In this document: positions 13,052-26,976 of the stretch, piece by piece
Layout: each line of letters begins with the position of its first letter
Numbering within the stretch: position 1 is the first letter of the stretch
DNA from: Eledone cirrhosa
Taxonomy: Eukaryota
Assembly (NCBI GenBank): GCA_964016885.1
Contig: OZ024741.1
Location: forward strand, 273,606,001-273,670,000
DNA: 64,000 nt
Direction of reading: 5' to 3'
Notes under the pieces: generated by a model
The model's database searches: none
The model's input: only the letters and a program-made list of their open reading frames with translations
What the model was told of the DNA's origin: nothing
Made by a program: the position numbers and the translations under genes

Positions 13052-13225
13052 AATATTAAAAATTTTAAAACAGTTTTCAAATTAATTTCAAATTAAATTT
13101 TCGACACTTTGGGGGCGAAAAATAAGATTGCCACCCAGCTGACAATTCAGCCTGGGGGTTAATCTACAAAATGTTATGTTTTTTCAAACAATTAGTTCGG
13201 TTTTTTGTATAGAAATTAACAAAAA

Positions 13226-13566
13226 AGCTGTGAAAACGGGTTTCCTTCTTTCTAACACCGGCTTCACTAGCGAAAGGTCTGTTTCTGACTCGCGCATATA
13301 TTCACACAGCTTATGCTGAAAGAATAACTATGTTGCTTGTGTTTATTTCCATCTTCGGTTAGCTTCCCCCTGTGTTGTTTACTTGTCTCACTCACTTTAC
13401 GCGTTTCTATTGTCCTAATAACTTATTTTAGTTATTATCGCTCCAACGTGAGGTATATGATTTTTAATGCGATGAAATACCCATGATCGTTTGGTAAATC
13501 ACTGATGAGGGACTCATTTTATAACATGTTATCCATGTGCAACCAGCAGTATGCTTCTCACCCATT

Positions 13567-13572
<6 letters not shown>
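13226..13572 (+). mobile_element. Partial copy of the 533-bp repeat family found at 33196-33963
   Basis: Reverse complement of ~33198-33545; ends in (TA)n. Confidence 0.8.
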
Positions 13573-13599
<27 letters not shown>

Positions 13600-13622
13600 T
13601 ATATATATATGTGTGTGTGTAT

Positions 13623-13650
<28 letters not shown>

Positions 13651-13656
<6 letters not shown>

Positions 13657-14228
13657 ATTGGTAAACGGAATAGAAAATGCTGACAAATTGTTCACAGTTG
13701 AAAAATGGTTTAATTAGGAATAAAAGAGTATTAGTGATTGTATGGGTTAGTATTCTGTTGTGGTTTTAATTTTTTAAGTTTTTACCGGTTGCGCATTTCT
13801 AAATGCTTTTCAAAAATAATTTTGAGATAGAGTGTCCGTGCTGTTTGCTCTGATCTGATTAGTTTTGGGAATTCTACCTGTTTTTATGTTAAAAAAGTGG
13901 CTCCAGCGTTATTTTTGTGTTGCAAAAGTGCTTTTTGTGTTGCAAAAGCACTTTTGCAACACAAAAATAACGCTGGAGCCACTTTTTTAACATAAAAACA
14001 GGTAGAATTCCCAAAACTAATCAGATCAGAGCAAACAGCACGGACACTCTATCTCAAAATTATTTTTGAAAAGCATTTAGAAATGCGCAACCGGTAAAAA
14101 CTTAAAAAATTAAAACCACAACAGAATACTAACCCATACAATCACTAATACTCTTTTATTCCTAATTAAACCATTTTTCAACTGTGAACAATTTGTCAGC
14201 ATTTTCTATTCCGTTTACCAATATATAA
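13651..14228. repeat. Near-perfect ~285-bp-arm palindrome
   Basis: 13651-13935 is the reverse complement of 13944-14228, with an 8-nt loop. Confidence 0.92.
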
Positions 14229-14490
14229 TAACTTGTGTGTTACACCTCTATTCTTTTAACTATATATATATATATATATATGTAGGAGGTGAGTTTTATT
14301 GTAGTACAATAAAGCAATGCAGATATCGGATAAGAAGCACTCTACAGTTTGTAGGACTGGAGTATACATAATATATAAGATCAAAAGATGGAACTCTTTT
14401 AACCATCTTTTGATCTTATATATTATATATATATATTTATATATATATATATATATAGACATACACCCACGCGCGCACACACACACATAT

Positions 14491-14530
<40 letters not shown>

Positions 14531-14572
14531 CGTGTGTATATATATATATACACACACATACACACACGCTCG

Positions 14573-14608
<36 letters not shown>

Positions 14609-14609
14609 G

Positions 14610-14644
<35 letters not shown>

Positions 14645-14714
14645 AGAGTGTGAGAGAGAGAGAGAATGAGAGAATGATATAGTGATGCATTAAAAAACTA
14701 GTTTGTTGAAGGAT

Positions 14715-16056
14715 GACAATAACAACAACAGCAACAATAATAACAACAGCAACAATAACAACAACAGCAACAATGACAACAACAGCAACAATAACAACAA
14801 CAGCAACAATAACAACATCAACAACAATAACAACAACAGCAACAATAACAACAACAGCAATAATAACAACAACAGCAACAACAATAACGACAACACCAAC
14901 AGCAACAGCAACAACAACAGCAACAATAACAACAACAGCAACAATAACAACAACAGCAACAACAATAACAACAACAGCAACAGCAACAAGAACAGCAACA
15001 ACAACAGCAACAATAACAGCAACAATAGCAACAACAGCAACAACAATAACAACAACAGCAACAATAATAACAACAGCAACAGCAACAACAACAGCAACAA
15101 CAACAGCAACAATAACAACAGCAACAACAATAACAACAACAATAACAACAACAAGAACAGCAACAATAACAACAACAGCAACAATAACAACAACAGCAAC
15201 AATAACAACAACAGCAACAACAATAACAACAACAGCAACAACAACAACAGCAATAACAACAAAAACAACAATAACAATAACAACAACAATAACAACAACA
15301 GCAACAATAACAACAACAACAACAATAACAACAACAACAACAATAACAACAACAACAACAACAATAACAACAACAGCAACAATGACAGCAACAGCAACAA
15401 CAACAACAATAACAACAACAGCAACAACAACAACAACAACAATAACAACAACAGCAACAGCAATAACAACAACAGCAACAGCAACAACAACAGCAACAAC
15501 AATAACAACAACAACAACAGCAACAACAGCAACAACAATAACAACAACAGCAACAATAACAACAACAGCAACAACAATAACAACAACAACAACAGCAACA
15601 ACAACAGCAACAATAACAACAACAGCAACAATAACAACAACAGCAACAACAACAACAATAACAACAACAGCAACAGCAACAACAACAGCAAAACTAACAA
15701 CAACAGCAACAATAACAACAGCAACAATAACAACAACAACAACAATAACAACAACAACAACAATAACAACAACAGCAGCAGCAACAACAAGAGCAACAAT
15801 AACAACAACAGCAACAATAACAACAACAACAGCAACAATAACAACAGCAACAATAACAACAACAACAACAATAATAACAACAACAACAATAACAACAACA
15901 GCAACAGCAACAACAACAGTAACAATAACAACAACAGCAACAATAACAACAACAACAGCAACAATAACAACAGCAACAATAACAACAACAACAATAACAA
16001 CAACAGCAACAATAACAACAACAGCAACAATAACAACAACAACAGCAACAACAACA

Positions 16057-16091
<35 letters not shown>

Positions 16092-16193
16092 AGCAACAAT
16101 AACAACAACAGCAACAACAACAACAAAATTAACAACAACAGCAACAATAACAACAACAACAACAACAACAACAATAACAACAACAGCAACAAT

Positions 16194-16262
<69 letters not shown>

Positions 16263-17550
16263 AGCAACAATAACAACAACAGCAACAACAATAACAACAA
16301 CAGCAACAACAACAACAGCAACAATAACAACAACAACAGCAACAACAATAACAACAACAGCAACAACCACAGCAACAGCAACAACAGCAACAACAACAAC
16401 AGCAACAAGAACAGCAACAACAACAGCAACAATAACAGCAACAATAACAACAACAGCAACAACAACAACAGCAACAATAACAACAACAGCAACAACAATA
16501 ACAACAACAGCAACAACAACAACAGCAACAACAGCAACAACAACAACAGCAACAACAACAACAGCAAACAACAACAACAGCAACAACAATAACAACAACA
16601 GCAACAACAACAACAACAATAACAACAACAATAACAACAACAGCAACAACAACAACAGCAACAACAACAATAACAACAACAATAACAACAACAATAACAA
16701 CAACAGCAACAACAACAACAGCAACAACAACAACAACAGCAACAACAACAACAGCAACAACAACAACAACAGCAAACAACAACAACAGCAACAACAACAG
16801 CAACAGCAATAACAATAACAGGAACAACAACAGCAACAACAACAATAACAACAACAATAACAACAACAACAACAACAACAGCAACAACAACAACAGCAAC
16901 AACAATGACAATAACAGGAACAACAACAGCAACAACAACAGCAACAATAACAACAGCAACAGCAACAACAACAGCAACAACAACAACAGCAACAGCAACA
17001 ACAACACCAGCAACAACAACAACAACAGCATCAACAACAACAACAACAACAACAACAACAGCAACAGCAACAACAACAACAACAGCAACAACAATAACAA
17101 CAACAGCAACAACAACACCAGCAACAACAACAACAACAGCAACAACAGCAACAACAATAACAACAACAGCAACAACAACAACAATAACAACAACAGCAAC
17201 AACAGCAACAACAATAACAACAACAGCAACAACAACAACAACAACAGTAACAACAACAACAGCAACAACAATAACAACAACAGCAACAACAACAACAGCA
17301 ACAACAACAATAACAACAACAATAACAACAACAATAACAACAACAACAATAACAACAACAGCAACAACAGCAACAACAATAACAACAACGGCAACAACAA
17401 CAACAGTAACAACAACAACAGCAACAACAACAACAACAACAACAACAGCAACAGCAGCAACAACAACAGCAACAATAACAGCAACAACAACAACAGCAAC
17501 AACAACAACAACAGCAACAACAACAGCAACAACAACAGCAACAATAACAG
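14715..17550 (+). repeat. ~2.8-kb mixed trinucleotide repeat (AAC/AAT/AGC)n
   Basis: Directly visible; produces poly-N/T/L/V ORFs. Confidence 0.97.
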
Positions 17551-18464
17551 TAAGAATTTTTGCCTAAAACCGGACAAATATGAATTGAACTCCTTACAAA
17601 AACGAATCTTTAAAATGATAGAAGAGACGCGGCGTTTTCACCACCTCCACCACCATCTTCTTCTTCTTCAACCATCACGATCACCTTAACGATTACGACG
17701 ACGAGGACCACCACCGCCACCACCACCACCACCAGGAGCAGCAGCAGCACCACCCCACCACCACCACCACCACCACCACCACCGCCACCACCACTACCAC
17801 TACTACTACTACTACTACTATTACTACTACTACTACTATTACTACTACTACTACTACTACTGCTGCCACTGAAGTGATGATGAGCAAATACATCAATAAA
17901 GAAGTAACCACACAAAGAAAGAAAGAAAAAAAGAAAGAGAGAGAGAAAGAAAGAAGGAAAACAGGAAGGAAAGAAAGGACATGAGTGGAGATCCCTTTAA
18001 GAAGAATGTATTTCTGGTCGTTTCTGCTCCGTCTCCCGGTGACACTGTGTTAATATTTGTCAGTGTCAGCGTTTCTGTTTACGATCCTAGCGCCATCTCT
18101 AGGCTGATCTATTGTCTGCTATTGATGGGGGTTTAATTTTTTTACGGTGACTGTAGAAGGTCGGGGAGGGAATGCGAAGCATGTAATGTGAAGGCTGGCT
18201 TCTAGTACGTTGTTTCAAAAGTTCAAATCCCACCAGGGGTTGTTTTTTTAAACTTTTAACCCTTTGGTGGTCTTATTTCTAATAAAACATGATATTTCAA
18301 TTAGTTAATCAATCACATTAAAAACTGAAGTCTTACACAATTTAAAATTTTCAAAATGATCTGTTAATTAATAAAGATAGTATAAATATTTGAATTAACA
18401 AATTAATAATAAACAAGTGTTTGTTTTTTAACATAGTCTTGAGTCGATCCACTCTGAAATTGAG

Positions 18465-18730
18465 GAAATTCTGAATTGAGAGATCACAGCGCTGATACTG
18501 TGGGCATGTAGTTAGAATGTCTCAGGAAAAAAATTCGCTGTACAGATTTTACGGGCAAAACCAACCTGCAGGAGACCAAGGGGTAGACCCTGAGCAAGAT
18601 GGTTGGATAATATCTATGATCTCAGCTAGTCTCGCTTGAGGATCCAGCAGAATCAATTGGAGATGGTTGTTTCTGACAGGACCCATAGAAGGATTGTTTG
18701 AGGACTCTTACTTCATGAGCCTCACAAGAA
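18465..18730 (+). mobile_element. RTE-clade LINE 3'-terminal fragment
   Basis: IERSQR*YCGHVVRMSQE...RRPRGRP*ARWLDNI, the typical RTE C-terminus. Confidence 0.75.
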
Positions 18731-18900
18731 TATATATATATAACTTTGATAGGTTTCGATCAGTATTGGCCCAGGCCATACCTATTTGGACATCATGGCC
18801 CACTCAAATAGAGAGTTATTGTTTACGGAGACATCCGGGTGTAAGAGGTTTATCCAGTATTTCTTGGAGAAATTTGTTCAAATGTATATATATATATATA

Positions 18901-19106
18901 TAACGAAGGAAATGTGGTAAGGAACCAGGTGGACCATAACGCACCAAAGTACTCAATACTTAGGGTAGTAGAGTGGGTAATAGGAACGAGTAGGACCCCG
19001 ACGGCTGAGCTCAAGCCGTTTCGATAGCTAATTCTGGACTCAGAATTCTGAGTCCAGAATTAGCCGTCGAAACGGCTTGAACTCAGCCATCGGGGTCCTA
19101 CTCGTT

Positions 19107-19110
<4 letters not shown>
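18901..19110 (-). mobile_element. Short palindromic element carrying the 3' half of a hammerhead; relatives at 19482-19643, 34007-34199 and 43858-44050
   Basis: ~65-bp-arm hairpin containing GAAA CGGCT-tgagctc-AGCCG TC ggggtcc, plus a ~75-bp unique tail ending ttccttcgtta in (TA)n. Confidence 0.75.
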
Positions 19111-19151
<41 letters not shown>

Positions 19152-19445
19152 CGATAGCTAATAAGCTTGAAACTAGTACCCCGTTCCTTTGTCAGTGTTG
19201 AACAAACGAGCAACGATGGTTGCTAGACACTACGGCTTAATACGGGATGTTTGTTTACAAACACACCGAGCATTATAATAAATGTTCGGTGAATCCATAC
19301 GTACATATATATATGTGTGCATGTATGTATATATATATACATACTACTGTACGTCTGTATACATATAAGTATGTACGTGTACATACTTATATTTAAGTAA
19401 CAGCCGTACTAAGAGTGGGAAATGAAATTTCGTTTCATTTTTTCC

Positions 19446-19482
<37 letters not shown>

Positions 19483-19906
19483 AAAAATGTTTAGGACCCC
19501 GACGGCAGAGCTCAAGCCGTTTCGACGGCTATTTCTGCCGTCGGGGTCATGAACTTTTTCCTATTACCCACTCTACTACCCAAAGAATCGAGTACTCTAG
19601 TGCGTTATGGTCCACCTGGTTCCTTACCACACTTCCTTCGTTATATATTTATATATAAATATATCTTTTTAAAAAAAAAAACCGCGATAATATTGCTATT
19701 TTGCTGAACTCCTTACATTTTGTTGAGTTTTTTCGGAATGTTTTTGACTGCTGTTTCTTGTAAATAGACATTCGTCTCATTCTGACGTCACCAGCCGTGT
19801 CTCTCCATGTGTGTTTATTTTTATAATTCCGCACGAGGTGAACTAGCCTGCTTTTAAATTCCCTTTTTGGTCTATTCTGTCACTTGCTTAGGGTTATCGT
19901 GCTTGA

Positions 19907-19986
19907 GCTCTACTGATGAACGACTCCAACGTGACCATCCCCACTGAAAAGTTTCGTGAAATAGTCTTTTAAAGACTATATAAAGC
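19907..19986 (+). ncRNA. Type I hammerhead ribozyme
   Basis: Stem I gctcta/taaagc (1 mismatch), CTGATGA, stem II acga..tcgt, GAAA, stem III tagtcttt/aaagacta, TA cleavage site. Confidence 0.7.
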
Positions 19987-20226
19987 ATTTGTAGTTTTTC
20001 CAAATTGAAGGATGAGTATTTAAGCTTTATTTATTCTGAGTTAAGACTCTATTGGTTTTTCCCTGGATTTCACAAAATTTGTGGATAAAATCTCTGTCTT
20101 GATTTTTTTTTAATTGAGTTTGAATTATTTTCCCATATATTACGTTAATTATTTTCCATTTTGACGTTATAGTCACTTATACATTATGAAATACTGTTGG
20201 CTTCTTGCTCACAATAATTTCTATAT

Positions 20227-20266
<40 letters not shown>

Positions 20267-20419
20267 TATATATAAGGGCCCATGAGATTTTCTTTTGTTT
20301 CTTATATATACACATGTACAGTATATACAGTAGATAATGCATTGAATAAAGAGTTTGACGTGCCAACAGTATTTGATACTTGATTTACATTGAGATACGA
20401 GTGTGTTGTGTTATGGTGT

Positions 20420-20526
20420 CTTCTTCTTCTTCTTCTTCTTCTTCTTCTTCTTCTTCTTCTTCTTCTTCTTCTTCTTCTTCTTCTTCTTCTTCTTCTTCTT
20501 CTTCTTCTTCTTCTTCTTCTTCTTCT
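20420..20526 (+). repeat. (CTT)n microsatellite
   Basis: Directly visible. Confidence 0.97.
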
Positions 20527-21057
20527 CCTCTTCCCCTTCTTCTCCACCTCCCTCCTCCTCTATATGAAGAACAGTGCAATGTATAGAGCATTATACAAAA
20601 ATAGAGAAAAAAAGAACAAAAAGAACAAAAAGAGAAGAGAAGAGAAGAGAAGAGAAGAAGATGGATGGCGGTGTGGTGGGTGGTTGTGGTGGGTGGTGGT
20701 GAAATATTTGAGCACCCCAGCCACAGAAGGTATCACACAATTCATTCTATTAAATCTTAAATCATCTGCTATCCTTAAATTGAAAATAAACACTTGAAGA
20801 TAGTTTACACTGCGCCTGTGCAAACGAAAGCCATTGGTAAACTGGGAGCAAGCAAGATGGCCGACCAGACAATGCAAAGCATGTGTCACACATCTTTGTT
20901 TGTATTGTACCAAGGTAAACATTTACAACAGTTAGCAGGTCAATGTTAATGAACTATTTGTCAGATAGAATTCCTAGCCAGGAATGTCTTCCCAGCATGC
21001 TTCAACATTCTCATTATCAACCATTTCAATCCCTTTTAACGCCATCAATCCAAATTA

Positions 21058-21205
21058 CTTTTTTCTTCCTTTCTCTCCTTCTTTACTTCGTTTCCTTTCT
21101 TTATTTCTTTCTTTATCTTTTTCTTTGTTGGTTTGTTTGTTTCCTTGTTTCTTTCATTCTTTCTTTCTTTATCTCTTTCTTTATCTTTTTCTTTGTTTGT
21201 TTATC

Positions 21206-21249
<44 letters not shown>

Positions 21250-21690
21250 TTTTAGTTTCTTTCTTTCTCTCTTTCTTTATTTCTTTCTCTATCTTTTTCT
21301 TTGTTTCTTTGTTTCTTTGTTTCTTTGTTTCTTTCTCTCTTTGTTTCTTTCTTTCTTTATCTTTTTCTTTGTTTCTTTATCTCTTTGTTTGTTTGTTTGT
21401 TTCTTTCCTTCATTGTTTGTTTGTTTCTTTCTTTGTTTCTCTCTATCTTTTTTTCTCTTTTCGTTTCTTTCGTTTTTCCTTTTTTTTCCTTCTTTCTTTC
21501 TCTTTTCCTTTCTCCCTTTCTTTCTTTTTTCTTTCTTTTTCTTTTTCATTTCGTCTCTTTCTCTATTTATTTCCTTCCTTCCTTCTTTTTTTCTTCCTTT
21601 CTTTCTGTTTTCTACATTTATCTTTCTTTTTTCCTTATTTCCTTCTTCCCCTTTTCTTTCTCTCTTCCGTTCTCCCCCCCCCCCTCTCTG
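21058..21690 (+). repeat. Pyrimidine-rich (TTTC)n-derived low-complexity tract
   Basis: Directly visible. Confidence 0.9.
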
Positions 21691-21784
21691 TTTATTAGCC
21701 TCAACCCCCCCCCCCCACCCCCCTAGGTTTTCATATTTTAACGTATTTTACTCATTTCTCAGGTCTACCTGTCTGGACGTCAGT

Positions 21785-22905
21785 GATGTGTGTACATGAT
21801 GTGTGTGTGGTGTGTGTACATGATGTGTGTGTGGTGTGTGTACATGATGTGTGTGTGACGTGTGTACATGATGTGTGTTGTGATGTGTGTACATGATGTG
21901 TGTTGTGATGTGTGTACATGATGTGTGTGTGATGTGTGTACATGATGTGTGTGTGATGTGTGTACATGATGTGTGTGTGATGTGTGTACATGATGTGTGT
22001 TGTGATGTGTGTACATGATGTGTGTGTGGTGTGTGTACATGATGTGTGTGTGACGTGTGTACATGATGTGTGTTGTGATGTGTGTACATGATGTGTGTTG
22101 TGATGTGTGTACATGATGTGTGTGTGATGTGTGTACATGATGTGTGTGTGTGATGTGTGTACATGATGTGTATGTGATGTGTGTACATGATGTGTGTTGT
22201 GATGTGTGTACATGATGTGTGTGTGATGTGTGTACATGATGTGTGTTGTGATGTGTGTACATGATGTGTGTGTGATGTGTGTACATGATGTGTGTGTGTG
22301 ATGTGTGTACATGATGTGTGTGTGATGTGTGTTGTGATGTGTATGTGATGTGTGTACATGATGTGTGTGTGATGTGTGTACATGATGTGTGTTGTGATGT
22401 GTGTACATGATGTGTGTTGTGATGTGTGTACATGATGTGTGTTGTGATGTGTGTACATGATGTGTGTTGTGATGTGTGTACATGATGTGTGTTGTGATGT
22501 GTGTACATGATGTGTATGTGATGTGTGTACATGATGTGTGTTGTGGTGTGTGTACATGATGTGTGTTGTGATGTGTGTACATGATGTGTGTTGTGATGTG
22601 TGTACATGATGTGTGTTGTGATGTGTGTACATGATGTGTGTGTGATGTGTGTACATGATGTGTGTGTGTGATGTGTGTACATGATGTGTATGTGATGTGT
22701 GTACATGATGTGTGTTGTGATGTGTGTACATGATGTGTATGTGATGTGTGTACATGATGTGTGTTGTGGTGTGTGTACATGATGTGTGTTGTGATGTGTG
22801 TACATGATGTGTGTGACGTGTGTATGTACATGATGTGTGTGACGTGTGTGTGTACATGATGTGTGTGATGTGCGTGTGTACATGATGTGTGTGTGATGTG
22901 TGTGA
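21785..22905 (+). repeat. ~22-bp-unit minisatellite (gatgtgtgtacatgatgtgtgt variants)
   Basis: About 50 tandem units; gives His/Thr-rich spurious ORFs. Confidence 0.95.
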
Positions 22906-24003
22906 TGTTTGTGTGTGTGTATGTATGTATGTATGTATGTATGTCGAGTCACTCTTGAGTGCTACTGGTAACATGTTACCCAGTACAACCTGTCGCATGG
23001 TCAGGTCGTCGGCGACTAAACCGGCAACCCCACCAAGTTTACTTGGTGAGGAGGTAATTGTGGACACCCTGCAGGACAAAAAACAAAACCTGACAAAGGG
23101 CGGAAGAACTCATCAGAGTCAACAGCCATCCAAAAGTGTGTAAAATATGTATATACACATGTACATATGTATGTATATGTGTATAAACATGGGTGCATGT
23201 GTGTGTGTATATGCGAGGAGACATATGTGAAGGACCCCTAGCCTTTGTCAGGGCATTCTTCTAGGAGAAGGCAACTCAGGAAACTGGGATAACTCCGATA
23301 TAAAACCTGCGGCTCAGTAATTACCGATGATGTTGATCTTTTCTTCTTTTCGGGTTATAGCTACTGTCGCTCAGAGAGTGGGATTGGCTAAGTGCACAGT
23401 CTTTCCTCACTTTAAAAAATATTTTCAAGCACAGGCATTGGACGATAGAATTAATAAATAATTATTAATAATGGTATATCGTACAATGGGCATACTCGAT
23501 AACGAGGGGGCAGCCATCATCATGTATGTATGAATGTTTGACTGTATAAATGACTGCGTGTGAGTATGTATGTGTGTGAGTGCAATTATCTGTGTATGTA
23601 TATAACTATGTATGTTGTGTGCCCATGTAAGTGCACGTGTGCCTGTTAGTGTGTGTGTATATATGTTTGTGTGCGCAAGTGCACGTGTGTGTGTATATAT
23701 ATATATGAGTGTATATAGGCGTATGTGTACGTGTGTGTGTGTATGTAAATATAAATATGTGGTGTGTCTGTTAGTGTGTGTGTGTGTGTGTGTTCCTATA
23801 TTTATTATCCATAAATCATTCCATAATTAATATTCATAGATGTATGGGAAGGAAGTTGATAGAACTCCGGATTAGTAAAGTTCCGGATTAGTTGACTTCC
23901 AGAAAAATTGCATTGGAGTATCCAGTTATCTCCCTTTGCATTTCAAATTCCACTGTGATAGTATTTGCTATTCTTTTCTCCAGGTTTGATAAAATAAACT
24001 CCA

Positions 24004-24430
24004 AAGGAGAGGAAAGTTGCCAAATACCGGGGTTTAACAGACCGCTTTCTTTTCACGTCAGTTGCTGTCGAGACTTCGGGTGCTCTAAGTCTCCGAGCTG
24101 CCATTTTCCTTTACAAAATCGGAGAAATGGCCGCCCGCCTAAAGAAGGAACCCTGTGAGGCGGAGTGGCTGTTGCAGCGGGTGTCGTTGGCCATTCTCCG
24201 TAGTAATATCTTCGCCATTTTGTCTGCAGGATGCAACTGAGTGATACCGCTCAAAATGGAGTGTAGAGTTTGTCGGTTCCTCCCCATTTCCCTTCCTTTC
24301 GTTGTTTAATTTCTTCTTTCATTTTATTTTTTTTCTCGTTCTTCTATTCGCCATTTACTTATTTGCTTTATAATGAATTTTCTGTAAAAAATGTTATTTT
24401 GAAATTATAAGAGAAAAAAAAAAAAAAAAA
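24004..24430 (+). mobile_element. CRE-clade non-LTR retrotransposon 3' end with poly(A)
   Basis: KERKVAKYRGLTDRFLFTSVAVETSGA...EAEWLLQRVSLAILRSN (CRE-type QRxSxAxxRxN terminus); stop at 24240; A-tract 24414-24430. Confidence 0.75.
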
Positions 24431-24942
24431 GATAGCAACCACTCAATATTTATATAAATCTACATAAATATATATATGTATGTTTTTGTATAGTTGCTCC
24501 TCACTTATAATTTTATACAGCACGGATTCATTGATTATTCATTTAATTCATTCATTTATCGAGCAAACCTGATAAAGGAGGGACACCACATATATATGAG
24601 TTTATACTTATGTATCTATATGTATATGTACCTTCTATAATTTGTCCTAACTCTCTTATGGTTAAGTTAAAAATTAGGCTGAAATAGACTGCTTCTTCTA
24701 GCAACTCTGTTACTCGCCAACAGTCTACTCTTTATTACCCTTCTGGATGACCTTAAAACCACGTGATCATTTTCCCCTTAGAAAATTTCACTGGTAAGCA
24801 TCAGTTCAGGGAATTTGTCCTTACACCGAGGGAGTCTCTTGACAAGCCGAAACCTCACAGCTTGAGTGCACTTTAATTGCACTTTAGCTTCAAACCAGTT
24901 GGCGAAACTGCACCAATCAGGACTTTGAAGAAAAATTAGGTA

Positions 24943-25109
24943 CCGTATTTCCCGGCGTCGAAGACGCTTCTTTTTTCCTAAAATAAGTCTCAAAAATCTA
25001 CCATACGTCCTGGAGGCCGAGGGTTTATTATTTTTTTTTTCAAATTTTTCGTTGTCAAAATTAGGGTGCGTCCTCGAGGACGAAGCGTCTTCGGCGCCGG
25101 GAAATACGG
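24943..25109. mobile_element. Tc1/mariner-pogo-type MITE
   Basis: TIR ccgtatttcccggcgtcgaagacgcttc / gaagcgtcttcggcgccgggaaatacgg; TA TSD on both sides. Confidence 0.85.
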
Positions 25110-25140
25110 TATATTTTTGTCTATTTGCTCTACACACTAA

Positions 25141-25309
<169 letters not shown>

Positions 25310-25350
25310 ATATATATATATATTATATATATATATATTTTATATATATA

Positions 25351-25394
<44 letters not shown>

Positions 25395-25741
25395 GGAGGT
25401 GAGTTTTATTGTAGCACCATCTTAAATTATTTTTCATATGTTGATTTAAAACTTCCCTATTCACAAGTGTTTTTTAAGCTTCATATCATGTATCCATATT
25501 TTATCTGATGAAAACGCAGATATCATCCCATTAAAGTAAGGAAATGCTTTGCACAGGGTCCCACTCTCCGGACCTCGAATGCATTTACTAAAAACGTGGA
25601 ACCGGTTCAAATCATTGGATGCAAACGAAGTTGCAGGTTTTATATCAGAGACCTTATCCTAGACAGGTGTCTATAATGAAGACAAGGGGGTCGATAATTG
25701 TCTAAAAAAAAACTTCATATACCATTATATATATATATATA

Positions 25742-25784
<43 letters not shown>

Positions 25785-25951
25785 GAAAGTATAGAAATTA
25801 TTGTGAGCGTGAAGCCAACAGTATTTCATAAGAGACAAAAGGTGGAATTGGGAATAGCACGGAAAATATGTTTAAGGATCTGTTTTTCTTTTTTTGTTCT
25901 TTGATCCGTCAAAGTGACATACGTGTATACACACACACACACACACACACA

Positions 25952-26052
<101 letters not shown>

Positions 26053-26310
26053 GTATATATTGAGTTAGAAACTCAAAATAGTCTCTTACAATTAAATAGC
26101 TCAAAGAAAGAAGTTTTTCTGAGTCGTGTAACATAATTGAAAATACAAGAGAAGTAAACACAAATGTAAACATACATGTGTTCGAATTGTAAGGGACCAA
26201 GTTCGCTAGGGTGAAACAAATACTAACTATAACAATATGGTTTGCCAGACTCAATTTAAAGTAATAAATCAAGAAAAAGAAAATTAAACCTATATTGGGC
26301 AACTGCCTGA

Positions 26311-26388
26311 ACACCCAGACAGCTTTGATAGCTGTTTCGCAAATTTTTAGCGAAGGAAATTACCAATTCTCTGCTCTTCAGTGGGTGT
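26311..26388 (-). ncRNA. Canonical type I hammerhead ribozyme (GUC site)
   Basis: Reverse-complement copy of 26977-27054 with the core intact. Confidence 0.88.
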
Positions 26389-26976
26389 AAACATTAGTAA
26401 TCCTCCCCCTTCTAAGTATATCAGAAGACTGAATAGTATGCGAATATAAAATAACGCACATGGCATCAGAACCTATATTGGGCAGAGAATTGGTAATTTC
26501 CTTCGCTAAAATAATTGCGAAACAGCTACCAAAGCTATCTGGGTGTGCAGGTAGTTATAGGTTTGTTTTTGTTTTTCTTGATGTATTACTTTAAATTGAG
26601 TCTGGCAAACCATAATGTTATAGTTAGTATTTTTTCAGCCTAGCGAACTTGGTCCCTTACAATTCGAACACATGTATGTTTATATTTGTGTTTATCTCTC
26701 TTTTATATTCAATTATATTACACGGCTCAGAAAAACTTCTTTTTTTTTAGCTATTTAATTGTAAGAGAGTATTTTGAGTTTCTAACTCAATATATACCTC
26801 TGATATTGTCGGTTGCTTCTTGTCGAACTAATTTAAATGTGGTGTAAACTCGGCTGCTATTTTTAGCAGCGTATGTTTATGAGACACGCTAGGTTCTGAT
26901 GTCATGTGCGTTATTTTATATTCGTACACTATTCAGTCTTCTGATATACTTAGAAGGGGAAGGATTACTAATTTTC

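Larger units (their letters stand above)
7358..13225 (-). mobile_element. Near full-length, decayed Tx1/L1-group non-LTR retrotransposon
   Basis: ORF1 with CCHC knuckle, ORF2 with APE-RT-CCHC, AATAAA and (TATC)n 3' tail; many frameshifts and stops. Confidence 0.9.

Noticed and set aside
14256-17577. Long ORFs (up to 839 aa) of poly-L/V/N/T
   Set aside because: Pure trinucleotide-repeat translations that are open in several frames on both strands.
21748-23079. His/Thr-rich ORFs and a CRISPR-like periodic look
   Set aside because: Minisatellite with no unique spacers, no cas genes and a eukaryotic context.
25500-25560. CTGATGA...GAAA hammerhead candidate
   Set aside because: Stems I and II do not pair and there is no valid NUH site.
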